A stretch of DNA of 63,777 nucleotides, filler included, from Stramenopiles sp. TOSAG23-6 (taxonomy: Eukaryota), in the NCBI GenBank assembly GCA_900128565.1. It is 5 parts of 5 records of this genome, joined end to end, with 100 filler letters (N's around TTAATTAATTAA, not from the genome) between each part and the next. Parts side by side here need not be neighbours in the genome. Positions count along the whole stretch, not along the records: positions 12,818 to 25,512 come from LT636193.1; positions 25,613 to 38,272 come from LT636194.1; 3 more parts are not named here. One strand, written 5' to 3'. The stretch's first letter is position 1; each line of letters starts with the position of its first letter. Of the stretch, positions 20,770-31,764 are shown one piece after another. The notes under the pieces are model-generated. The model was given only the letters and a program-made list of their open reading frames with translations, had not been told where the DNA came from and ran no database searches. The position numbers and the translations under genes are program-made.

Positions 20770-21679
20770 TTATACATCTTCCCCACGCATTTTAGCTTCT
20801 TCCTGAGACTTCAATTTTTGTTCTTCAATTTTTGCTTCTTGTGCTTCTTGTGCTTTCGCTTTATTACCCATGTATTGTGTAAATGAAAGAAAAAATAATT
20901 AGGAACGAAATTTTTTTTACGAAAGAAAAAAAAAATCGAAATTCGTGAAATATTCACTTTTTGACAACATACAAAACTACCAATACACCAACACCAGCAA
21001 AACCGACCCACTGCATTCCTAAACTGAAATACATCCAACCATCACCAAACGCCTCATAAAGAGCAAGAGTAGCAACAAAAAAACCAATATAAAAAGCATA
21101 GAGACACACGAAAATTGTTATATATTGTGAAAAAATATTGTTTTTCTTTAAAGTTTTTTTGTTAGGTATGAAATTTCGTACGAAAAAACAAATTGAAAAT
21201 TTTGAAATTGAAAACGTACAATATAATTGCCCAGTCTCTTGGATCATTACCGAATAGACATGGCTTGTAACCAACTTTTTCAACAATCCAACCTGTTTTT
21301 CGCGGTACAATACCTTTTAAATCTGGTGGAAGCTGACTTACTTTATTGCCAAGTTCGTCTCTAAGTAGTTCACGCCCTAAGTCCCTCAGTATTTGGGACA
21401 TTTGACTACCTGGAAGAGCCATGTCTTGTGCAGCAGCTTCACGGAATGCTTTCCTATACAACTGTAAATTTAGGATTACAACATAAAATATGAAGATAAT
21501 TAGTCAAATTATAGATGGTACAGATATTTTCAAATGAGAACTTGTGTCTGGAAAGGTGAACTTACTCGTTGCTGGCGATATTCCTCTGTGTCCAAGAAAT
21601 TACTTTTTGCCACAGAAGGCTTCCTTGGCTTCTTTTCCTCCAATTTCACACCAGCGGTGGTATTATTAATAGCATTCAT
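20770..21679 (-). CDS. Small membrane protein with two predicted TM segments, 4 exons
   Basis: One canonical intron (21462..21565) and two family introns give a continuous frame with two hydrophobic segments. Confidence 0.7.
20870..20972 (-). mobile_element. Family intron GT-AT (103 nt)
   Basis: GTATGTTG...TTCGTTCCTAAT...CACAATACAT; 5' site somewhat ambiguous. Confidence 0.65.
21120..21219 (-). mobile_element. Family intron GT-AT (100 nt)
   Basis: Removal gives DWAIILTIFVCLY. Confidence 0.85.
21462..21565 (-). other. Canonical GT-AG intron (104 nt)
   Basis: CGA|GTAAGT...CCTAAATTTACAG|TTG; no family motifs. Confidence 0.85.
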
Positions 21680-22080
21680 TTCCGAGCTTGGCAACGTAGA
21701 AAGGTGTCTTTAAATAGGGGGGAAAACCTACGATAAAATCAAATACTATCTCGAAAAATCTGGTGAGATGAGATTATGGATGGTCGGATGGTCGAAGAAA
21801 AAACACACCATTCGAATATGACACCAAAAAAAAACCAAACAGACAAAAAATTATGCGCAAACCTGTCGCTTCAGATCCTTGCTCAGATTTCGAGCGGCGC
21901 GCGTTATAAAATAATAATGTTTGGATACGTTCGACGTAAAAAAGTATATGCGCGATAGTGCTTTTCTCGACACGTCTCTGCGGGATACACAATTTTTGTA
22001 TTCCCGATTAGATAGATATAGCATCAGGTTCAGCCACCTTGCTTAGCTGTGTCATAAATAATTATCAGAAGAACCGGTGC

Positions 22081-25000
22081 ATGAATCAAGAAAATCTACG
22101 TCGAGTAGATAGTATGGTTGAAAGTATTTCAGTAGTTGATGCTTCTTCTTGCTCTATACCAGGCCAGCCTCCAAAACATTGCATTGAACCTGTGGATCAA
22201 TCTGCTTTAAAGTTGGCTAATGCGGAATGGAAGAAAAGCTGTAATAGTATTTTGAAGAAGAAGTCTTTAGACTTAAAAGACATGCGTATAAAATTGGCAA
22301 AAAAAATTCGGTTTCGTCGAGAATCGCGTTTATTGAAGAGACTAAAACGTGACGAAAATCTTGCTGCCACTCATGGTCGATTTCTGCGAGCAATGAGTTT
22401 GTCTTCTACTGCATCCAATTATTCATATAAAAATTCTCGTAATAGTATTTCTGGTTCTCGCAAAGGCAGACCCCGTGGGAATGTTGCTTCCGTACCAACA
22501 TCCTTACCTAATGGTCGATCATTAGAAGGAAAAGGGGTTAGTAGTATAGTCAATACATCTAGTTCATTTGAAGGTACTACACGTATGGATATCGATGGTA
22601 GTACTGCTGTAAAAGAAAAAGAAGTTTCATCTCCATCCTTCCCCACAATGAGTGATGAATATAGACCACTAGAAAGAGTTGTGAGTGATCCTAATCCGTA
22701 TAACTCATTACTCACTTCTTTACTTTTAAATAGTTTACGACAAAAACCTGTCAGCAGGCGACGTTTAAAAGCATTAGCCATCCAAGCATTACATAAGATT
22801 ATCGGAGAAAGAAAGAATTCAGGGAATAAGACTCCGAGGCCTTCCATTAAAGTTGCTCGTTTTGAATCAGCAAATTCGATGAAGGAACCTATTAAATTAG
22901 TACCAGCAACATCAATCACTCGAAGAGGACCCGTATTGACATCAATAAGTTCTCATGTAAATTGTACAAATAATGATATTAATAATAGTTCTGAAAAATC
23001 ATCTGAAAAGCAATCTTTGAACGGCTCTGATACTCTTCATGCTTCTATTTCTGAAAAATCATCTGAAAAGCAATCTTTGAACAGTTCTGTTCCTCTTCAT
23101 GCTTCTGTTTCGGAAAAATCATCTGAAAAGCAACCTTTGAATAGTTCTGAAATAGATGATTGTAATAAGCGTTACTCTAATAGCTCTAATATCTCCCGGT
23201 TACCTGGGAGACCATTAACTCCAACTCCTGAGAAGTCTCCACAAAGAATGATTGAGAAAGAACCCGATGAACTAGATTTAAATGAGATGAGTAATACTAC
23301 AGAAAAAGAATTAGCTACATCTATTGTACAACAATCAAATGATACAAACAAACACGAAACAGCAGAGACAACAGAAAAAGAATTAGCTACATCTATTGTA
23401 CAACAATCAAATGATACAAACAAAACAGAAAATATTTTAAAGCCATTTGCAGCACCGGCAAATTCCTTCAAAGTTTTGACTGCAGATCTTCCTGCTGAAG
23501 GCATTGACCTTGTGAGAAAGATTGACGTTTGGTGTGATACATTTTGTGCTATTAGTCTTATAAATACTGGTGCTGGTTTAGCAGGGTATGGTGCAGGAGG
23601 TTCACGAAATAAACGGAAATGGTCAAGATTAGACCAAATGGTTTACGAATTGACACGTGTTGGTGAAATGGAAAAATTAGAAAAGTTAGCGGGTAAAACC
23701 CAGGCGAATTCAGCATATGAATGGCTTTGGCAATATGCGGAAGAATGGAATACCCCATGGGAAGCTTTACTTATGGCAGAACGTGGTCATCTTCATCAGA
23801 TCCAACGGAAATTCGGTACACAAATTTTTAAAGCAGCTCACAAATGGGTTTGGGCAAGAGATGATTTTTGGCATCCAACTCCATATGTTCAATTAAAGGC
23901 ACAACAAGGAAATTTCAAAAGTATTTGTGGAAGGTATCACCCTGATTTAAAAGTAGATAAATCAGCGTACGCGTGGGTTTGGCAAAGAAGCTTGAGTTGG
24001 CATGCACATCTAATTCATTATCGTAGATTAGCAGGTCATCCTGATGTGCATGAATTAATTGACGATGAAATTTGTTCTTTGGATAGAAAACAAGATTGTC
24101 TTTTGGCTAATATTGATAAACATGTCGAGTCTCTTTTGCATTTGCGACGAACTCGTCAAATGTTTATGGCACGTGAAGAAGCTTTAGTTCGTGATTTATG
24201 CAAAGAATCAAAAATTGATCTCGGAATTCCAAATGAACCAATCAATGCAGGAGAACCAATTCGACTTCGTAATCTTCGATCTAAGCCACGCGGACACGTG
24301 GACCCTTTGATACACAATCCAAAGAAAAGGAAAAGATTGAGTGATGATGCAAGATCTGCTCGAGATATATCTGATTCCAATGGTCGTACTGGTCCGTTCG
24401 GTTTTCTTCCTAATCGAGGAAATTACCGTAAAACGGTTTCGATTTGTGATTATAAAATTCCAGACATTATGACAGTTACCCCTTCTGGGACAACTACAAA
24501 GACTCGAACAAGAAGTAATAGTGAAAACACATTAAATAGTTTAGATATAGATGGAGACAATACTGTTGAATCAGATTTGTGGTTAGAAATTAAATCAAAA
24601 CCTGTTCTATGGCAGGATATTAGTGCAAAATTTGAAGTTGTAAAAACGAAACGAGATGTACGTTTTCATGATTTTTTTTTTCAATTTTTTTTTTTTTTTG
24701 GTAAAAAAATTTTGTACCTAACTAAAAAAATAAAAAAATATATATTTCTTCAAACTACATAAACCTCTCGGACATCATGAAGAAGCCATTGAAGGAGATT
24801 TCGCTTTGATCGGTGCTAAAAAACCTAAACGAAAATCAGGTTCAAAGTCTAGTGATACGGATGTATGTTTTAATTTTTTTAAATTCGTAGTTTTTTTTTC
24901 ATACGAAATTTTGTACCTAACAAATTTTTTAGAAGTTTTTTTGAAATATTTTTCCAAAATACATAATGATAGAAAATTTCGTGGTCGGCGATCTTGGAAA

Positions 25001-25367
25001 AAACAAAAACATAGTGAAAGTCCGATAGATTCAATAGACGAAATTTCTGATGAAGATTCAGATTCTGGTTTGTCATATAAAGAGAAAAAAGCAAAACAGG
25101 CTGCGATTCGCAAAGTGTACGTCCCTAAATGTAGAATAATCGATATGTATGTTTTACTTTTTTTTTTTTTTTTATGAATTTTCTTTTTTTTTTTTTTTTT
25201 TATTTTTTTCGTACGGAATTTCGTACCTAACGATATTTTACATTTTTTTTTTGTTCACAATATATATTTTACTCGGCTCGCCTTGGTTAGTAAAGCATGG
25301 TGCAACTTGTTATGAAGCAGCTGTACGAAATGTAAAATCTTGGATACATGATTTACAAGACATTTAG
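22081..25367 (+). CDS. Large protein of unknown function, 4 exons
   Basis: Long ORF extended across three family introns; internal repeats (SEKSSEKQSLN x3, TTEKELATSIVQQSNDTNK x2). Confidence 0.7.
24658..24760 (+). mobile_element. Family intron GT-AT (103 nt)
   Basis: GAT|GTACG...CTACAT|AAA. Confidence 0.85.
24863..24964 (+). mobile_element. Family intron GT-AT (102 nt)
   Basis: GAT|GTATG...AAAATACAT|AAT. Confidence 0.85.
25147..25267 (+). mobile_element. Family intron GT-AT (3' end at 25265 or 25267)
   Basis: Consensus motifs; an AT run makes the end ambiguous. Confidence 0.7.
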
Positions 25368-25512
25368 GGTTAGGGTTAGGTATAGATGATGTACAAGACA
25401 TTTAGTGTTAGGGTTAGTGTTAGGTATAGATGATGTACAAGACATTTAGGGTTAGGATACTATTATATTTTATAAATGTAATTGTTTTTTTTGTTTGGTA
25501 TACAATGTACTA

Positions 25513-25612
25513 NNNNNNNNNNNNNNNNNNNNNNNNNNNNNNNNNNNNNNNNNNNNTTAATTAATTAANNNNNNNNNNNNNNNNNNNNNNNNNNNNNNNN
25601 NNNNNNNNNNNN
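25513..25612. other. Artificial contig linker
   Basis: Same 100-bp structure. Confidence 0.97.
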
Positions 25613-25667
25613 GTACGAAATTTTGTACCTAACGATTTTTTTTTTTAAATATTTTTCCAAAATACAT
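25613..25667 (+). mobile_element. Family intron, 3' part (ends AT)
   Basis: The contig starts inside the core GTACGAAATTTTGTACCTAAC. Confidence 0.85.
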
Positions 25668-27329
25668 ATAACTACGGAAGATTCAGAGAATGCCAAGAAG
25701 GATGAAGCACGCCGTAGTGGTTATAAAGCGAAGAAAGAAGCAAAACGCAGGGAAGAAGCCAATAATGATTTGTCATGGAATTCTCTTTTTTTACGTAGTG
25801 ACACTGTCATGAATAAACTTGCGTCTCAATTAGGTGTAAAGAAATCTGACATTCTTGTATGTTTTCATCATTCATTGTCTACCTACATTTTTTTTTTTCT
25901 TAGAAAATTTTGTACCTAACGATGTTTTTTGTTTTTTTTTGTTTTTTTTTTGTTTTTTTTTGTTCTTGAATTGTATAAAAAAAATGTACCTAACGATGTT
26001 TTTTTGTTTTTGAATTGTTGTACAATATATGATCGAGAAGGTAAAAGTAGTGGTAGTATGGCAGTACATGCAGCATTAGCTGAAACGCATGTGTTAGAAC
26101 AAACAAAGGCTGCTTTAATTGAATCTGGTGTTAATCTTGATGTATTGACCCAGGCTGCTCGTGGTAATAAGTCATCACAGAAAGATGATAAAACAAATAG
26201 TGATCAAGTCAATGCGGGTGCTTCTGGGGCACAAACTCAAATGAAGCGAAGTAAAGTTGTGCTTCTAGCAAAGAATCTTCCTGATAATACAACATCTACG
26301 GAATTAAGTCGATTATTCTCAAAGTTTGGAGATATTGCCCGCTTAGTTTTTCCTCCTCCTCACGTCATTGCTTTGGTTGAGTTTGATTCATCTGCAGCAG
26401 CTAAACGAGCTTTCTCTAGTTTAGCATATAAACGATTTAAACATGCACCATTATATTTAGAATGGGCTCCACGTGGTATTTTCACAACCGCTACGAATGA
26501 GGAAACTAGAGCATTGGCTTTTGATTCAAGTGTAAAAAGATTAGATAATGAAAATGAAAAAAATACAGAAAAAAGTAAAGCAATTCACCAAGATAATGAT
26601 AATGATGAATGTGTTACACTCTTTGCAAAAAATCTAAACTTTGAAACGAATAGTGTTGGTCTTTTAGCAGCAGCCAAAAATTTAGGTGTACGTGGTATCA
26701 GGACAGCTACCGTTGCAACGAAACCAGATCCTAAGAATAAAAACGATCCAAAGAAACGAAATCTGCGCTTAAGTATGGGCTTTGGTTTTATTGAATTTAA
26801 AACTAGAGAAAAAGCAATGAATGCATTAAAGAAACATCAAGGAATGATTGTTGATGGGCATGCATTAGTCTTAAAATTATCAGATCGTAAAGGTACATTT
26901 TTACGTAATAAAAACTCACAAAATTCACAGAAACGAAAACGTGATTCAACTCAAAAGAAAACAACATCTACAAAAATATCTGTTAAAAATGTTGCATTTG
27001 AAGCTTCAAGACAAGAAATTCGTGAATTATTTGGAAGTTTTGGAACACTAAAGAATGTTCGCTTGCCACGAAAGTTTGATGGTGGTCATCGAGGTTTTGC
27101 TTTTGTTGAGTATTTAGCTCGTCAAGATGCTCGTCGAGCTTTTGAGCAATTGAGTTCAACACATTTTTATGGACGACGTCTTGTAGTTGATTGGGCTGAT
27201 GCAGCTGAAAGTATTGAAGAATTAAGAGCAAAGGCAAATCGTGATGTTAGTGCTATTACTCATTCTAGGGATAAAGTTATGAACAAAGCAATGGACTTTG
27301 GGGAAGATGACAATAAGAGTGAATTTTAG
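25668..27329 (+). CDS. RBM19: Multiple-RRM ribosome biogenesis protein (RBM19/Mrd1), 5'-partial
   Basis: SWNSLFL, AVHAALAETHV, AYKRFKHAPLYLEWAP, LSMGFGFIEF, RLPRKFDGGHRGFAFVEY and STHFYGRRLVVDWA motifs. Confidence 0.92.
25857..26030 (+). mobile_element. Family intron GT-AT with two branch cores (174 nt)
   Basis: Removal gives KSDILDREG; TGTACCTAACGATGTT occurs twice. Confidence 0.85.
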
Positions 27330-27447
27330 AAATATCTTTACAATGTAATGAAACGCGTAGAATCCTTACTTACTTACTAGATACTAACTATAATTTCTAT
27401 TTTATTCATATTAAATTATTCATACTATTTTATTCATATTAAATTAT

Positions 27448-29138
27448 TCATAAAGTGAAGTTTTCATATTTTAAAAATTTTCTTTTTGGCCAATGTTTGA
27501 ATATTTTCTCGTGAAATTGAAATTTCACTTTTTGATATTCATTTGTATCTTTTATCTTACCATCAGTCTCATCGTACAATCGACCATGCTTTACATCATG
27601 ATATGAATTATACATCGTCTTTGATTTTTCTATTAATAATATTTTACTCTCTTTATCTTGGAAATTCTTATTTACTAATTTAATAAATTCTGTTGTACAC
27701 GAAATAGGACACTTTTTACATAATTCTATAAATCGAGCAAACATTTTTGATTTACATAAGATAGATTGGCATTGACGGGGAGGATTCTTAGTATTTTTTT
27801 TAGTTGTACCTGACTTTAGACCTGTTTTAGATAGCAAAACTTCGGTATTATTGTGACCTCGGCTCCATGATATTGAGAATCCACAAGGTACAATTTTAGG
27901 TACACTTTTAGATACAATTTTAGGTACAATTTTATCTGTTGATTCTGCTGATGTTGTTTTAGATATTGTTTTACTATTTTGTTCAATTTGATATTGAGAA
28001 AATTTAAAAGATTTTGTCGCGTGAAATAACCTTGGTACGCAATAATCATTATTGCTGTTTGTGACAATCCTACCAATGATGGCTCGAAACATAGCAGCTT
28101 CGTTCCATAGTTCAGAGACACAAATTGAAGAAAGAAAAATATTTTGACTTTGTAGCAAGTTACTTAGTAAAGCACCCTGGAGGCCAAGAACAGTCCACCG
28201 AGCTAATTTATCACATGTATTGAAAAACATATGTCAAGTTCGAAATCCGTTAGCTACGAAATTTCGTACGAAAAAAAAAATACATGTGAAATTCATTATA
28301 AAAACGTACTACACGTTAAAGAAGAACTTTGAGAACCTCTACCAGGTTTTGTTCTTAGAACACCTAATGTATGATATTGTGAACCAGGTAACATTGGATC
28401 GGGTATTTCTCCTGCTACAGGTTTTCCTCCTGTTCTGTGAAAGTCTTTTTTGTTTAATGTATTATTATTATTATTATTATTAATACCATCAGAAGTAGAC
28501 ATGTTTATGGATACAATCTTATTCAATTCAGTGAGTCGTTTTTTAGTGTTTTTTGTATGACTACTACTTGTTGGCCTTTTTTTGGTGTTTTTAGTGTCAT
28601 CCAATGGAAAGATACACGCATCGCCGCAGGGTGCTTGACTAATATACATATGGAATTTAATACCATCGCGTAGCTTAATATCATTGGAAATTGAATGCTT
28701 CTTTTTTGTATCAAATTTTGTACCTAACGAATTTCGAATTTGCCTTCTATTAGAAATATCGAAATTATTACTTTTACAACTCACAGAAGGCCTCAAAACA
28801 AATATATCAGATTCATTTTTTTGACTAAATAGCTTTTCAAGTTCATCTTCTAGAAATACAATAAAACGACGACGACAAATTACCTCTGCGTGAGAATCAT
28901 GCACCGCAACTCCGTTTGCATGCATCCCAGAAGATCCAACACACTTTGTTCCTGTTGCGAGAACAATCACTTCTAGCAAAGGATTTTGAGTACCAACATT
29001 CTTTTCTAATAAAATTGAAGCTAGCACTGACCATTCGCGTGGTCCACACTTGCCAGTTTTAGGTAAAGTATCATACTTCTGATGAGAAAGTGTTGCACAA
29101 AGGTTAGCAAATGTGGACACAGTACTTGATTCTGACAT
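27448..29138 (-). CDS. ADAT1: tRNA adenosine deaminase (ADAT1/Tad1-like; ADAR-type deaminase domain, no dsRBD seen), 2 exons
   Basis: LATGTKC, HDSHAEV, YISQAPCGDA, LRTKPGRG and TCSDKLARWTVLGLQGALL motifs. Confidence 0.88.
28215..28309 (-). mobile_element. Family intron GT-AT (95 nt)
   Basis: TGTA|GTACG...CAATACAT|GTGAT restores CSDK. Confidence 0.92.
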
Positions 29139-29549
29139 TATCCTCGACTACGTACGTCTATAAGTGTATATGGAATAACCAAAATACTAAAACTTGATGA
29201 TGATTCGTTAAGTATTGCTAATGTGATGATTGGTTCGCAATTGATAAAAACCTCATGCAAATTGACATTTTCTTATCTATATTCGGATTATTCAGGGTCC
29301 TGTGTTGTGCAGCAGCAGCAAGTAGCTGATGATGATCAGATCAACTGAGATCAACTTGACATCTCGAACTGACTCCCGTTTTTTTGATGTCAAAAATCAA
29401 TTTTTTTTTTTTTTTTGAAAAAAAGAAGGAACAAAACAAAGTTTGCAGCGTTTTTACGTCCATCTAATATTATCACGGGAAAGACAAAAGAATATTGAGT
29501 TCGTAAAATATCTATTGGAATAGGCCAATCGAAACGTAGTGGTTTCATT

Positions 29550-29955
29550 ATGTCGTGCATAGGTTTGCCCAATCTTACGGCAAGTTGTATAGATGATGCA
29601 TGGTTTCCAACGGTTGATCCTTATCAGTACGATACATTAGCAGAAGAAGAGGCCAAAGAAAATTCAAAGGTACGTATATCCTCACATGAAACACTATCAA
29701 ATGCATTCTTGATATAGTTATTCGTATTTACAATATTATTCTTTTATATCTTTACATATATAGCTTGTTGGTGCGCTTAAAGTTTCTGTCCCACCAGCAA
29801 TTGGTATAGGTCAAAGTAATTACGCTACAGCAAGTGACGAAGAAGAACAATTTGAAGAAGACGATGAAGAAGACGATGAAGAAGACGATGATGATGAAGA
29901 AGAAGAAGAAGAAGAAGAAACGGATGAAGACACAGATGAAGATATGATGCAATAG
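29550..29955 (+). CDS. APC15-like small acidic protein (anaphase-promoting complex subunit 15), 2 exons, canonical intron 29670..29763
   Basis: MSCIGLPNLTASCIDDAWF...AIGIGQ plus a D/E tail resembles ANAPC15 (FPSL...LWF...VPIGK plus acidic tail). Intron AAG|GTACGT...ATAG|CTT is in frame. Confidence 0.65.
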
Positions 29956-30315
29956 TTACGATATGATTTGAGATTTAAAAAAAATTATGAACTTTCTCTT
30001 TTTTTTTTACTTATTATTATTGTAGTACTTTACAAGTCAATCTTACACAAAGTCAGTCTATAGGCAACTGAAGAAAGTCTTCAAAGAAGTATTTGAAAGA
30101 AGTGAACCAAGAGTGAGACTTATTTTGTTATTTTGCAATTGCCTCAAAAAATCTATGAAATTTGTGTGGTTTCCCAGATTTCGTGCGAGCATGAGAAAGC
30201 AAAGAAAGCCGGAAGAACATCGGAGATTTAAAAAAATTTGAAAATTGAATTTTTGAAATTCAAATCTGATCTCAAAAAAGACTCACGCACATATCGAACA
30301 GAACAGAGTTTTATC

Positions 30316-31584
30316 ATGAATATAAATGCGATGCAATCGTTATTCATTTGTATCATTGTTACGTTATCCTCTGCAGAAGGTTTTCAACGAATTCAACTCT
30401 CAAAGCAATCTCTATTATCTAACCTCAGATTCAAAAAGAAGGTGGATCAAGTCTCAGATAATAGTGGTGATGGTCCAATACACTATGATGAAAATGGCAA
30501 TGAAATACCACATGATCTTGTTCAAAATCCTGATTTGAATGATCCATATGGTCCACCCACAGGACAATATAATGAAAATGGCAATGAAATATCACATGAT
30601 TCTGACGATTCTGATCAAATTCCTGGTTTGAATGGTAATCCATCTGATCCATATGGTGGTGAACCAAATCCTCCTGGTTTGAATGGTGATCCATCTGATC
30701 CATATGGTGGTGAACCCGGTGAACCAAATCCTCCTGGTGGTAATAATGGAATTTCTGATGATCCATCTCCTAGTGATGCTGGTAATAATGGAATTCCTAA
30801 CGAACAAAAACCTGAATCGAAAAAACAAAAATTATTAAACTTTATTGATTATGAAATATCACTGTTGGACTCGAAGGCGGTAAAGATTGAAAGTGCAACT
30901 GTACAAATAAACAATGCCATCAGAGTATACGCAGGTATTGCACCAATGCTACCAAATGCGACGCCCGAACCAGGAAATTCACCACCACCAAATCCACCAC
31001 CACCAAATCCACCACCAGCACAACCCGAACCAAATCCTGATAAACCAGCAGTCGCGTCAAATCAAAATGATAAACAGCCAAAAGAAGAATCACCACCCGC
31101 CCATAAAACCCCTGCAAATGCTGGAACTACTCCCTCGGATAAAGATCTAGATAAACCTAAAAATGGAAACGATACACAGATTAATGGATCATCGGTACCA
31201 CTACCACCAGAGCCCGAGAAGTATAATGGAGGACCGAATTCACCACCACCACCACCACCAGGAAATTCACCACCACCAGGAAATTCACCACCAGCACAAC
31301 CCGAACCAAATCCTGATGCTGCAAATGCTGGAACTACTCCCTCGGATAAAAATCCAGATAAACCTAAAAATGGAAACGATACACAGAATGGTGGATCATC
31401 GGATGAACCCGAACCAAATCCTGATGCTGCAATTGCTGATAAAAACCCAGATAAACCTAAAAAGGGAGACGATACACAGGATGATGGAACATCGGATGAA
31501 GATGAAGATGGAACATCGGGTGAAAATAAAGATGGAGGAGATGAAGATGGAGATATCTTTGATGATTTGGGTCTAAGTTTATAA
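30316..31584 (+). CDS. Secreted Pro/Asn/Asp-rich repetitive protein
   Basis: Signal-like LFICIIVTLSSAEG; DPYGGEP, PPPN and PEPNPD repeats. Confidence 0.75.
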   Translation: MNINAMQSLFICIIVTLSSAEGFQRIQLSKQSLLSNLRFKKKVDQVSDNSGDGPIHYDENGNEIPHDLVQNPDLNDPYGPPTGQYNENGNEISHDSDDSDQIPGLNGNPSDPYGGEPNPPGLNGDPSDPYGGEPGEPNPPGGNNGISDDPSPSDAGNNGIPNEQKPESKKQKLLNFIDYEISLLDSKAVKIESATVQINNAIRVYAGIAPMLPNATPEPGNSPPPNPPPPNPPPAQPEPNPDKPAVASNQNDKQPKEESPPAHKTPANAGTTPSDKDLDKPKNGNDTQINGSSVPLPPEPEKYNGGPNSPPPPPPGNSPPPGNSPPAQPEPNPDAANAGTTPSDKNPDKPKNGNDTQNGGSSDEPEPNPDAAIADKNPDKPKKGDDTQDDGTSDEDEDGTSGENKDGGDEDGDIFDDLGLSL

Positions 31585-31764
31585 GAAAAGTCCGGCGCGT
31601 GGTGGTATTTTGCAATCTCGTTTTGTAAAATATTTTTCAAGAGATTTATAAAATCATTCAAACAAATATTGTGTGAATTTGCTTTATTTTTTAAAATGCA
31701 CATAGTTTTGTTTCTTCTTTAATACCATCCTCCATTTATACGTACCCAATAATAACGATATTTT

